A stretch of 64,000 nucleotides of DNA from Candidatus Rokuibacteriota bacterium. GTDB lineage: Bacteria; Methylomirabilota; Methylomirabilia; Rokubacteriales; CSP1-6. Shown piece by piece: positions 54,275 through 64,000 of the stretch. The notes under the pieces are model-generated. The model was not told where the DNA came from and ran no database searches. It was given only the letters and a program-made list of their open reading frames with translations. The stretch is taken from NCBI GenBank assembly GCA_016184305.1, contig JACPCX010000185.1, forward strand, positions 16,046 through 80,045, written 5' to 3'. The position numbers and the translations under genes were made by a program. The first letter of the stretch is position 1, and each line of letters opens with the position of its first letter.

Positions 54275-54456
54275 GCGCTTGCGCGAAGAAGCCCAGCCGC
54301 AAGGTGAAGTCATCCACATTCAGGCGACCCGGATGAGCGCTTGCGCGAAGAAGCCCAGCCGCAAGGTGAAGTCATCCACATTCAGGCGACCCGGATGAGC
54401 GCTTGCGCGAAGAAGCCCAGCCGCGAGGTGAAGTCATCCACATTCAGGCGACCCGG
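54271..54456 (+). repeat. Class I repeat, 3 x 62 bp near-perfect tandem array between hslV and hslU
   Basis: ATGAGCGCTTGCGCGAAGAAGCCCAGCCGC(A/G)AGGTGAAGTCATCCACATTCAGGCGACCCGG starts at 54271, 54333 and 54395. The hslU ATG (54457) sits where a fourth unit would start. Confidence 0.95.
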
Positions 54457-55809
54457 ATGAACGCGCTCACGCCCGCCCAGATCGTCACCGAGCTGGACCG
54501 GTACATCGTGGGCCAGGAGCGGGCCAAGCGCGCCGTGGCCATCGCGCTCAGGAACCGCTGGCGCCGCCAGAACCTGCCGCCGGGGCTGCGGGACGAGGTG
54601 GCGCCGAAGAACATCATCATGATCGGGCCCACGGGCGTCGGGAAGACGGAGATCGCCCGGCGGCTCGCCAAGCTCTCCCAGGCGCCCTTCCTCAAGGTCG
54701 AGGCCTCCAAGTACACCGAGGTGGGTTACGTGGGCCGGGACGTGGAGTCCATGATCCGCGACCTGACGGAGCTCTCGGTGACCATGGTGAAGGCCGAGAT
54801 GGCGGCGGCGGTGCGGGAAAAAGCCGAGGCCCAGGCCGAGGAGCGGCTGCTGGACCTCCTGCTGCCGCGCCGGCCCGGCGAGGCCTTCACGAGTAGCACC
54901 CTCGAGGAGGTGTCCCAGGACGCCTCCCGGGACGCCACGCGGGAGAAGCTCCGGGCCCAGCTGCGGGCAGGCAAGCTCGACGATCGCGCCATCGAGATGG
55001 ACGTGTCCGACCAGTCGAACCCGATGCTCCAGGTCTTCTCGGGGCAGGGGATGGAGGAGGTCGGCATCAACCTCAAGGACATGCTGTCCCAGATCCTCCC
55101 CGGCCGGACCCGGCGGCGCCGGCTCAAGATCGGGGAGGCCCGCCGGCTCCTCGAGCAGGAGGAGGCCCAGAAGCTCGTGGACGCGGAGGAGGCCGTGGCG
55201 CAGGCCATCGTGCGCGTGGAGAACTCCGGGATCATCTTCCTGGACGAGCTGGACAAGATCGCGGGGCGCGAGGGCGGGCACGGGCCGGAGGTCTCCCGGC
55301 AGGGGGTGCAGCGGGATCTCCTGCCCATCGTGGAGGGCTCCACGGTGACGACCAAGTACGGGATGGTGCGCACGGACCACATCCTGTTCATCGCCGCGGG
55401 CGCCTTCCACGTGGCGAAGCCCTCCGACCTCATCCCGGAGCTGCAGGGCCGCTTCCCCATCCGGGTGGAGCTTGAGCCCTTGACGCGCGGGGACTTTGTC
55501 CGCATTCTGAGCGAGCCGGAGAACGCCCTGACCCGCCAGTACGTGGAGCTGCTGAAGACGGAGGGCGTCTCGCTCCAGTTCAAGCCCGACGCCGTGGAGG
55601 CCGTGGCCGAGATCGCCTCCCTGGTAAACCAGCGGACGGAGAACATCGGGGCGCGGCGGCTCTACACGATCATGGAGAAGGTCCTGGACGAGATCTCGTT
55701 CTCGGCTCCGGACATGGCAGGCAAGGAGATCGTCATCGACGCGGACTACGTGCAGGCGCGGCTGGCCGAGGTCCTCCAGGACGAGGACCTGTCGCGCTAC
55801 ATCCTCTAG
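54457..55809 (+). CDS. hslU: ATP-dependent protease ATPase subunit HslU
   Basis: [31 protein letters not shown]...[16 protein letters not shown]...IIFLDELDK... The track start at 54403 lies in the repeat. Confidence 0.96.
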   Translation: MNALTPAQIVTELDRYIVGQERAKRAVAIALRNRWRRQNLPPGLRDEVAPKNIIMIGPTGVGKTEIARRLAKLSQAPFLKVEASKYTEVGYVGRDVESMIRDLTELSVTMVKAEMAAAVREKAEAQAEERLLDLLLPRRPGEAFTSSTLEEVSQDASRDATREKLRAQLRAGKLDDRAIEMDVSDQSNPMLQVFSGQGMEEVGINLKDMLSQILPGRTRRRRLKIGEARRLLEQEEAQKLVDAEEAVAQAIVRVENSGIIFLDELDKIAGREGGHGPEVSRQGVQRDLLPIVEGSTVTTKYGMVRTDHILFIAAGAFHVAKPSDLIPELQGRFPIRVELEPLTRGDFVRILSEPENALTRQYVELLKTEGVSLQFKPDAVEAVAEIASLVNQRTENIGARRLYTIMEKVLDEISFSAPDMAGKEIVIDADYVQARLAEVLQDEDLSRYIL

Positions 55810-55817
55810 GCACAACC

Positions 55818-56699
55818 ATGCCCATGCACGAGATGGCCGGCATCATCCAGCGGGCCGAGATCCTCCTCGAGGCCCTGCCCTATATCCGCGAGTTCCAGGG
55901 CAAGAGCGTCGTCATCAAGTACGGCGGGGCGGCCATGGAGCAGGGGCCCCTCAAGGAGCACTTCGCCCGGGACGTGCTGCTGCTGCGCCTGGTCGGCATC
56001 CGGCCCGTGATCGTGCACGGCGGCGGGCCGCAGATCGGGGCGTTCATGAAGCGGCTCGGCAAGGAGCCCCGGTTCGTGGGCGGCATGCGCGTCACGGACG
56101 CCGAGACCGTCGAGATCGTCGAGATGGTGCTCGTCGGCAAGATCAACAAGGAGATCGTGGGGCTCATCAACCTGCACGGCGGCCGGGCGGTGGGGCTGTC
56201 GGGCAAGGACGGGAACCTGATCCGCGCGCGGAAGCGGATGCACCGCGCCCCCGACGGCAGCCTGGTGGACATCGGGCTCGTGGGCGAGGTGGAGGCGATC
56301 AACCCGGAGGTGATCGCGCTGCTCGAGGACAACGGCCTCATCCCGGTGATCGCGCCCGTGGGCGTCGGCGCCGAGGGCGAGACCTACAACATCAACGCAG
56401 ACCTCGTGGCCGGCGAGGTGGCGGCGGCACTGCGGGCCGAGAAGCTGGTGCACCTGACGGACGTGAAGGGGATCGCGGGCGAGGACGGCCAGCTCATCTC
56501 GACGCTCACCCGCGAGGACGCCGCGCGGCTGATCAAGGCCAGCGTCATCGACGGGGGCATGCTGCCCAAGGTGGAGTCGGCGCTGCGCGCGCTGGAAGGC
56601 GGGGCGGCGAAGGCGCACATCATCGACGGCCGCGTGCCGCATGCCCTCCTGCTCGAGATCTTCACCCGCGAAGGCGTCGGCACCGAAATCACCCTTTAG
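55818..56699 (+). CDS. argB: Acetylglutamate kinase
   Basis: ...[21 protein letters not shown]...VHGGGPQI...YNINAD... Confidence 0.95.
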   Translation: MPMHEMAGIIQRAEILLEALPYIREFQGKSVVIKYGGAAMEQGPLKEHFARDVLLLRLVGIRPVIVHGGGPQIGAFMKRLGKEPRFVGGMRVTDAETVEIVEMVLVGKINKEIVGLINLHGGRAVGLSGKDGNLIRARKRMHRAPDGSLVDIGLVGEVEAINPEVIALLEDNGLIPVIAPVGVGAEGETYNINADLVAGEVAAALRAEKLVHLTDVKGIAGEDGQLISTLTREDAARLIKASVIDGGMLPKVESALRALEGGAAKAHIIDGRVPHALLLEIFTREGVGTEITL

Positions 56700-56714
56700 G
56701 AGCAGGAGCGTCGC

Positions 56715-57914
56715 GTGGACACCAAACAGCTGCTGGAGTGGTCGGACAAGTACCTGATGGCGTTCGCCAAGCGGTACCCCGTGGCGCTGGTGCGCGGCGA
56801 GGGCGTGCGCGTCTGGGACACCGACGGCAAGGAGTATCTCGACTTCACCGGCGGCATCGCCGTGACGGCGCTCGGGCACTCGCACCCCAGGGTCGTCGGG
56901 ACCATGCGGGAACAGGCGACGGCGCTGCTCCACGTCTCCAACTACTTCCACATCCCGCAGCAGATCCACCTCGCGAAGCTCCTCTGCGACCACTCCTTCG
57001 CCGACCGCGTCTTCTTCTCCAACTCCGGCGCCGAGGCCAACGAGACCGCCATCAAGCTCTGCCGCAAGTGGGCCAAGGAGCATGGCAGCAGCGACCGGGG
57101 CGACATCATCAGCATGCGCGGGGGTTTCCACGGGCGCACGCTCGCCACGGTGACGGCCACGGCCCAGGACAAGTACCACCACGGCTTCGAGCCGCTCCCC
57201 GCGGGCTTCAAGTACGTCGCCTTCAACGACCTCACGGCGCTGGAGCGGGCCATCGACAGCCGGACCGCCGGCGTGCTGGTGGAGCCCATCCAGGGCGAGG
57301 GCGGGGTGAACATTCCCGACGACGGCTATCTGCCCGGGCTCCGGAAGCTCTGCGACGAGGCCGGCATCGCGCTGATTCTCGACGAGATCCAGACCGGCAT
57401 GGGCCGGACGGGCCGGCTCTGGTGCTACGAGCACGCGGGGATCACCCCGGACATCATGACGGTGGCCAAGGCCCTCGCCAACGGCGTGCCCATCGGCGCC
57501 ACGCTGGCGACGGAAGAGGTGGCGCGCGTCTTCACTCCCGGCAGCCACGGGACCACCTTCGGGGGCAACCCGCTGGCGACGGCCGTGGGGCTGACCGTGC
57601 TGACGACGCTCCTGGAGGAGAACCTCCCCGACAAAGCGGGCCGCATGGGACGCCTCTTGCTGGAGCGTCTGGAGGTGGTGCGGACCCGTGCCCCCGGCCT
57701 GGTCAAGGAGGTCCGCGGCCGGGGTCTCCTCATCGGGATGGATATGGTGCCGCCGATCGGCGACGTGGTCACGGCGTGCCGCGAGCGGGGTCTCCTCGTG
57801 CTGACCGCGGGGGACAACATGATGCGGCTCGCGCCGCCGCTCATCGTCAGCGAGGCCGAGGTGAACCGGGCGGTGGGGATTGTCGGGGACGCGCTGGGGG
57901 GCCTCGCGCGGTGA
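56715..57914 (+). CDS. argD: Acetylornithine aminotransferase
   Basis: ...DFTGGIAVTALGHSHP...FFSNSGAEANE...LDEIQTGMGRTG...TVAKALANG... Confidence 0.94.
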   Translation: MDTKQLLEWSDKYLMAFAKRYPVALVRGEGVRVWDTDGKEYLDFTGGIAVTALGHSHPRVVGTMREQATALLHVSNYFHIPQQIHLAKLLCDHSFADRVFFSNSGAEANETAIKLCRKWAKEHGSSDRGDIISMRGGFHGRTLATVTATAQDKYHHGFEPLPAGFKYVAFNDLTALERAIDSRTAGVLVEPIQGEGGVNIPDDGYLPGLRKLCDEAGIALILDEIQTGMGRTGRLWCYEHAGITPDIMTVAKALANGVPIGATLATEEVARVFTPGSHGTTFGGNPLATAVGLTVLTTLLEENLPDKAGRMGRLLLERLEVVRTRAPGLVKEVRGRGLLIGMDMVPPIGDVVTACRERGLLVLTAGDNMMRLAPPLIVSEAEVNRAVGIVGDALGGLAR

Positions 57915-58822
57915 AGCACTTCCTGTCCATCCGCGATCTCGAGGGGGACGAGGTGCAGCGCCTCTTCCGCCTCACCGCCGAGCTCAAGGCTCGCCAGAAG
58001 GCGCGCGAGGGAGGGGCGGCGCTCGCGGGCCGCACCATGGCCCTCATCTTCGAGAAGCCGTCGCTCAGGACGCGCGTCACCTTCGAGGTCGGCATGGTGC
58101 AGCTGGGCGGATCATGCGTGTACCTGGCCGCTCAGGAGATCGGCTTCGGCAAGCGGGAGTCGGTGCCCGACATCGCCCGGAACCTCTCGCGCTGGGTGGA
58201 CATCGTGACCGCGCGCGTCTTCTCCCACCGGACCGTTGAGGAGCTGGCGCGCCACGCCTCCGTCCCCGTGATCAACGGCTTATCGGACCTCGAGCATCCC
58301 TGCCAGGCCATGGCCGACTTCTTCACCCTGTGGGAGCGGGGGCTCGATCTGTCGCGCACGCGGCTGGCCTGGGTGGGCGACGGCAACAATGTCTGCCACT
58401 CGGTGCTGCTTCTGGCCGCCCTCACCGGCACCACCGTGGTGGTGGCCACGCCGCCGGGGTACGAGCCGAGCCCGGCCGTGCTGGACGCCTGCCGGGCCCT
58501 CGGCGGGCGGGTCCGCCTCACGGTGGAGGCCCGGGAGGCCGTCGAGGGCGCCGACGTCATCTACACCGATGTCTGGATCAGCATGGGGCAGGAGGCCGAG
58601 CGCGAGCGGCGGCAGGAGGCCTTCCAGCGCTACCAGGTCAACGACTCGCTGCTCCGCTTCGCCGGTGGGAAGGCGCTCGTCATGCACTGCCTGCCGGCGC
58701 ATCGCGGGGAGGAGATCACGGATGCGGTCCTCGACGGGCCGCAGAGCGTGGTGTTCGATCAGGCGGAGAACCGGCTCCACGCGCAGAAGGGCATCATCCT
58801 GCACCTCCTGGGAGGCGGATAG
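57911..58822 (+). CDS. argF: Ornithine carbamoyltransferase
   Basis: [10 protein letters not shown]...[13 protein letters not shown]...HPCQAMAD...[12 protein letters not shown]... GTGA overlap with argD. In frame within track ORF 56738..58822. Confidence 0.95.
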   Translation: MKHFLSIRDLEGDEVQRLFRLTAELKARQKAREGGAALAGRTMALIFEKPSLRTRVTFEVGMVQLGGSCVYLAAQEIGFGKRESVPDIARNLSRWVDIVTARVFSHRTVEELARHASVPVINGLSDLEHPCQAMADFFTLWERGLDLSRTRLAWVGDGNNVCHSVLLLAALTGTTVVVATPPGYEPSPAVLDACRALGGRVRLTVEAREAVEGADVIYTDVWISMGQEAERERRQEAFQRYQVNDSLLRFAGGKALVMHCLPAHRGEEITDAVLDGPQSVVFDQAENRLHAQKGIILHLLGGG

Positions 58823-58829
58823 AGGACGC

Positions 58830-60038
<1,209 letters not shown>

Positions 60039-60058
60039 GGCGGGACTCCGCTCCCGCC

Positions 60059-60823
60059 ATGCGTCTCCATGTCGCGCTCAGCCCGGCCGAGTTCGCGGGG
60101 CTGGGCCTGTCCGGACGCACGGCCGTCGTCGTGGACGTGATGCGGGCGACGACCACCGTGGTCGCGGCCTGCGCCGCCGGCTGCCGGCGCGTGATTCCCG
60201 TGGCCGACGCGGCCGCCGCACGGGCGCACCTGCGGGCGAGTGGCCTTCCTCCGGGGGAGATGCTGCTGGCAGGCGAGCGTGGAGGCGATCCCATCTCCGG
60301 CTTCGACCTCGGCAACTCGCCGCTGGAGTACACGCCCGAGCGCGTGCGCGGCCGCACCCTCCTGCTCACCACCACCAACGGCACCGCCGCCATGTTCGCC
60401 GCCCGGGGTGCCGCCGCGACCGCCGTGGCCGCGCTCACCAACGTGGACGCGGTGGCGCGCTGGGTGCGCGCGCACGGGCAGGACGCCACCGTGCTCTGCG
60501 CCGGCGCGCAGGGCGGGTTCTCCCTGGAGGATGCGGTGTGCGCGGGGATCCTGGTGGAGCGGATCGTGGCAGGGGCGGGTCGGGACGGCCGATCGGTGGA
60601 GGTCTCCGATGCCGCCGTGGCCGCCCGGCGCCTGGGGGCGCACTACGCGGGTCGGCTCGGCCTCCTCCTCGAGGACTCGACGTGGGCGCGGACGCTGGCC
60701 CGCGCCGGCCGCGCGGCGGACCTGGCGGCCTGCCTCGCCCTGTCCACGGTGGACGAGGTACCGGTATTCGACGACGGCGCCATCGTGCCTGGCCGGGTGA
60801 CGAGCCGCGCGGACGGCCTCTGA
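60059..60823 (+). CDS. comB: 2-phosphosulfolactate phosphatase family protein (ComB-like)
   Basis: ...AVVVDVMRATTT...GERGG..I.GFDLGNSP....TTTNGT... Family-typical motifs. Confidence 0.8.
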   Translation: MRLHVALSPAEFAGLGLSGRTAVVVDVMRATTTVVAACAAGCRRVIPVADAAAARAHLRASGLPPGEMLLAGERGGDPISGFDLGNSPLEYTPERVRGRTLLLTTTNGTAAMFAARGAAATAVAALTNVDAVARWVRAHGQDATVLCAGAQGGFSLEDAVCAGILVERIVAGAGRDGRSVEVSDAAVAARRLGAHYAGRLGLLLEDSTWARTLARAGRAADLAACLALSTVDEVPVFDDGAIVPGRVTSRADGL

Positions 60824-61398
60824 TGAACGTCCCCATCGCGCTGACCCTCGTCCGCATCGTGCTCGTCCCGCTGCTCATCGTCTTCCTCATCTCCTCCGAG
60901 CGGGTCAGCGTGCTGATCGCGGCGGTGATCTTCGTGCTGGCCTCGCTCACCGACTGGCTGGATGGGAGCATCGCGCGCCGGTGGAACCAGGTGACTCGGC
61001 TCGGCACGCTGCTGGATCCGGTGGCCGACAAGCTCCTCGTCGCGGCCGCCCTGGTGTCGCTCGTGCAGGTGGAGATGGTGGCCGCCTGGGTGGCCGTGGT
61101 GATCATCGGACGCGAGCTGGCGGTGACCGGGCTGCGCGGGGTCGCGCTCTCCATGGGCGTCGTCGTTCCGGCCTCCAGGATCGGGAAGTGGAAGACCGTC
61201 ACCCAGTACGTGGCCATCACGATCCTGATCCTCGAGAAGGGCGTGCCGGCCGATCTGGTCCCGTTCCACCGCATCTCGACGGCGGCGCTCTGGCTGGCGC
61301 TGGCCGTGACGGTCATCTCCGGCGGCCACTACTTCTATGCCTTCTTCCTCAAGACGGGCTCGGGCGCTCTCGTCAAGGACCGGGAGCGCTGGCCGTGA
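60823..61398 (+). CDS. pgsA: CDP-diacylglycerol--glycerol-3-phosphate 3-phosphatidyltransferase
   Basis: MNVPIALTLVRI...SLTDWLDGSIARRWNQVTRLGTLLDPVADKLL... (CDP-alcohol transferase motif). ATG overlaps the comB stop. Confidence 0.92.
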   Translation: MNVPIALTLVRIVLVPLLIVFLISSERVSVLIAAVIFVLASLTDWLDGSIARRWNQVTRLGTLLDPVADKLLVAAALVSLVQVEMVAAWVAVVIIGRELAVTGLRGVALSMGVVVPASRIGKWKTVTQYVAITILILEKGVPADLVPFHRISTAALWLALAVTVISGGHYFYAFFLKTGSGALVKDRERWP

Positions 61399-61991
61399 GG
61401 GGTCTCGGCGCGCTCCTCGCCTACCTGATCGGCGCCATTCCCGTGGGGTGGCTCGTGGCGCGGGCGGCGGGCGGCGTGGACATCCGCCGCCGGGGCAGCG
61501 GCAATATCGGCGCCACCAACGTGCTCCGCACCCTGGGCCCGCTCCCGGGGATTGTCACCCTCCTCGGGGATGTGGCCAAGGGCTACGGGGCGGTCACGGT
61601 CGCTGGCTGGCTCGGCGCCGGACCCGCCTGGGCGGCGCTCGGCGCGCTTCTGGCCGTCGTGGGCAATTGCTGGTCCATCTTCCTGCGCTTGCACGGCGGC
61701 AAGGGCGTCGCCACGGGGCTCGGAGCCTTCCTGGCGCTGGCCCCCTGGGCGATTGCCCCCTCGGCGGTAGTCTGGATCGCGCTCGCCGCGTCCTTTCGCT
61801 ACGTGTCTCTGGCCTCGGTGCTGGCCTGCCTCGGCCTGCCAGTCGGCGTTGCGCTGCTCGGCTACCCGTGGCAGTCGGCCGTTGCTGCCGGCGCGGCCGC
61901 GGCCATCATCGTCCTGCGGCACCGCGAGAACCTGGAACGCCTGATGAATGGCACGGAGCGCAAGTTCGGCGAGCGGGCACCCTCGCCATGA
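61395..61991 (+). CDS. plsY: Glycerol-3-phosphate acyltransferase PlsY
   Basis: ...YLIGAIPVGWLVAR....DIRR.GSGNIGATNV...HGGKGVATGLG... GTGA overlap with pgsA. Confidence 0.92.
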   Translation: MRGLGALLAYLIGAIPVGWLVARAAGGVDIRRRGSGNIGATNVLRTLGPLPGIVTLLGDVAKGYGAVTVAGWLGAGPAWAALGALLAVVGNCWSIFLRLHGGKGVATGLGAFLALAPWAIAPSAVVWIALAASFRYVSLASVLACLGLPVGVALLGYPWQSAVAAGAAAAIIVLRHRENLERLMNGTERKFGERAPSP

Positions 61992-62004
61992 GCGGCGGGA
62001 GGGC

Positions 62005-63036
62005 ATGAGCCGCGCGAGCGGCCACCCGGCCGCGGCCGTCGCCCTCATCGGCGCCGGGGCCTGGGGGACGGCGCTCGCCGTCCACCTCGCCCGCCGTGGC
62101 GGGCGCGCGAGGCTCTGGGCTCGCGACCCGGCGCTGGCGGCAGAGATGCGCAAGACCGGCCAGAACGCCCGCTACCTCGCCGGGCTCGCGATCCCCCCCG
62201 GCGTCGAGGTGACCTCGGAGCCCGCGCCGGCGCTTGCGGGCACCAGGATCGTCATCGTGGCCGTTCCGTCCGAGTTCGTGAGGGCGGTGGTGGGCACCCT
62301 TGCGCACGCGGTTCCGCCGGGGGCGATCATCGTCTCCGCCACCAAGGGCCTCGAGCCCGAGCGGGGTGGGCGCATCTCCTGCCTCCTGTCCGAGCTCCTG
62401 CCCGGGCACCCCGTGGCCGTGCTGTCGGGCCCCTCCTTCGCCCGCGAGGTGGCGCTGGGGCTCCCCACGGCGCTCGTGGTGGCCTCGGAGGACGGGGAGG
62501 TCGCGCGCCTGGTCCAGCAGGCACTTACCGCCCCCGCGTTCAGGCTCTACACCAGCCGGGATGTCATCGGCGTCGAGATCGCCGGCGCACTCAAGAACGT
62601 GGTGGCGATCGCGGCCGGGCTCTCGGACAGCCTGCATCTCGGCGAGAACGCCCGGGCCGCCCTCGTCACCCGCGGGCTGGCGGAGATGGTGAGGCTCGGC
62701 GTGGCGCTGGGCGCCTCGGCGCGGACCTTTCTTGGCCTGGCGGGCGTCGGCGACCTCGTCCTCACCGCCACGGGCTCGCTCAGTCGGAACCGGGCGCTGG
62801 GGCTCGCGGTGGGGCAGGGCAGGAGTCTCGCTGACGCCGAGGGCGCCAACCGCACGGTGGCCGAGGGCGCGCGCACGGTTGACTCGGCACTGCGCGTGGC
62901 TGCCGCCGCCTCCGTCAGCATGCCGATCTGCGAGGCCGTGGCCTCCGTGCTCCATGGCGGCACCCCGGCGGCCCAGGCCCTCGCGGCGCTCCTGGCGCGA
63001 CCGCTTCAACCGGAGGACGAGGGCGGCGATGGCTGA
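62005..63036 (+). CDS. gpsA: NAD(P)H-dependent glycerol-3-phosphate dehydrogenase
   Basis: ...VALIGAGAWGTALA...SATKGLE...LSGPSFAREVA...GALKNVVAIAAG...GDLVLT..S..SRN... Confidence 0.94.
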   Translation: MSRASGHPAAAVALIGAGAWGTALAVHLARRGGRARLWARDPALAAEMRKTGQNARYLAGLAIPPGVEVTSEPAPALAGTRIVIVAVPSEFVRAVVGTLAHAVPPGAIIVSATKGLEPERGGRISCLLSELLPGHPVAVLSGPSFAREVALGLPTALVVASEDGEVARLVQQALTAPAFRLYTSRDVIGVEIAGALKNVVAIAAGLSDSLHLGENARAALVTRGLAEMVRLGVALGASARTFLGLAGVGDLVLTATGSLSRNRALGLAVGQGRSLADAEGANRTVAEGARTVDSALRVAAAASVSMPICEAVASVLHGGTPAAQALAALLARPLQPEDEGGDG

Positions 63037-64000
63037 GCTGCGCAAGGACCCCGTGGTCGGACGCTGGGTGATCATCTCCACCGAGCGGGCGCGCCGCCCC
63101 TCGGACTTCTCCCCCCAGCCCGTCCTGCGCGCCGGCGGGGATTGCGTATTCTGTCCCGGGCAGGAGTCGCACACACCCGACGAGATCCTCGCGGTGCGCA
63201 GCCCGGAGAGCCAGGCCAATGCCCCCGGGTGGACCCTGCGGGTCGTCCCCAACAAGTTCCCGGCCCTGCGCATCGAGGGGGAGATGGAGCCCTCGGGGGA
63301 GGGGCTCTATGACCGGATGAGCGGCGTCGGGGCCCACGAGGTGATCGTCGAGACGCCCGACCACGCAGGCACCCTCGCCACGCTCAGCGAGGCCGCCGTC
63401 GCGGACATCCTGTGGGCCTATCGCGAGCGGATGGCGGATCTCGGCAAGGACCGCCGCTTCCAGTACGTGATGGTGTTCAAGAACCACGGCGAGGCCGCCG
63501 GGGCCTCCCTCGAGCATCCGCACTCGCAGCTCATCGCGACCCCCATCGTGCCCATCATGCTGACCGAGGAGATCGAGGGGGGCGAGCGGCACTACCGGCT
63601 CAAGAAGCGCTGCATCTGGTGCGACATCATCCGCCAGGAGCGCCGTCGCGGCGGGCGAATCATCCTCGAAGGCGACGGCTTCGTGGCCCTGGCCCCCTTC
63701 GCCCCGCGCTTTCCCTTCGAGACCTGGATCCTCCCCAGCGGCCATCGTTCCGCCTACGAGGAGACGGAAGCGCGGGAGCTCGCCCCGCTGGCGCGGCTTC
63801 TTGGCGAGATCCTGCGGCGCATGGGGCGGGTCCTCGGCGATCCGCCATTCAACTACATGCTCCACAGCGCACCGCTCCGCAGCGGGACCCTCGACCACTT
63901 CCACTGGCACCTGGAGATCATCCCCAAGCTCACCCGCGTGGCGGGCTTCGAGTGGGGAACCGGGTTCTTCATCAACCCGATCCCTCCGGAGGAGGCCGTC
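63029..64000 (+). CDS. galT: Galactose-1-phosphate uridylyltransferase family protein (GalT / HIT-like nucleotidyltransferase), 3' end outside window
   Basis: Not in the track (no stop before the window end). ATG 63029 overlaps the gpsA stop. MAELRKDPVVGRWVIISTERARRP...CVFCPG...NKFPAL...HPHSQLIATP... Open in frame to 64000. Confidence 0.85.
   Translation, partial: MAELRKDPVVGRWVIISTERARRPSDFSPQPVLRAGGDCVFCPGQESHTPDEILAVRSPESQANAPGWTLRVVPNKFPALRIEGEMEPSGEGLYDRMSGVGAHEVIVETPDHAGTLATLSEAAVADILWAYRERMADLGKDRRFQYVMVFKNHGEAAGASLEHPHSQLIATPIVPIMLTEEIEGGERHYRLKKRCIWCDIIRQERRRGGRIILEGDGFVALAPFAPRFPFETWILPSGHRSAYEETEARELAPLARLLGEILRRMGRVLGDPPFNYMLHSAPLRSGTLDHFHWHLEIIPKLTRVAGFEWGTGFFINPIPPEEAV

Noticed and set aside
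54271-54456. CRISPR array
   Set aside because: The units are directly abutting 62-bp repeats with no unique spacers and no cas genes. The length and organisation are inconsistent with CRISPR.

Overview
Very GC-rich bacterial chromosomal window with strong G/C third-position bias, so nearly every real gene has a long antisense 'shadow' ORF in the track. I saw no rRNA, tRNA, CRISPR array, transposase or prophage. Content is almost all housekeeping and mostly on the + strand. Gene order: amidase (partial), Smr. Then a minus-strand block: SAM methyltransferase, small ORF, Zn-ribbon protein, AhpD-like protein with an in-frame TGA, CHAT/caspase-like protein. Then MocR-type regulator, Cys/Met PLP enzyme, pdxS, pdxT; a 2-oxoacid:ferredoxin oxidoreductase (gamma/delta fusion, alpha, beta); tctCBA; TerC; FadR-type GntR; ppdK; DapA-like; ilvBNC; psd-pssA; leuA-leuB; asd; truA; fdhD. 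Next ccsA-like-hemA-hemC-hemD-hemB; Rrf2-cysK-cysO(remnant)-mec(JAMM)-hemL; alternative complex III actB-C-D-E-F preceded by only a remnant of actA; moeA; yeeE (-); YbgF-like. Finally dprA-topA-xerC-hslV-hslU; argB-D-F-G; comB; pgsA-plsY-gpsA; galT (partial). I found no convincing novel multi-gene system such as a defence island. Five things deserve a second look. (1) A candidate selenoprotein: an AhpD-like CxxU protein with a SECIS-like hairpin, split into two ORFs by the track. (2) Families of 62-66-nt and ~150-nt GC-rich repeats lie in short gaps between same-strand genes (some of them subunit pairs) and once in-frame inside yeeE, including a 3x62-bp tandem array between hslV and hslU. (3) Three independent gene lesions in otherwise intact operons: porA-type alpha subunit (internal out-of-frame deletion), cysO (5' truncated, with a 21-bp tandem duplication at its GG terminus), and actA (5' truncated, frameshifted). 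These could be real decay or assembly artefacts. (4) An orphan minimal CHAT/caspase-like protein. (5) A 140-bp element closed by a perfect 24-bp inverted repeat upstream of moeA. All homology statements come from reading the translations and from remembered family motifs; no database search was run.
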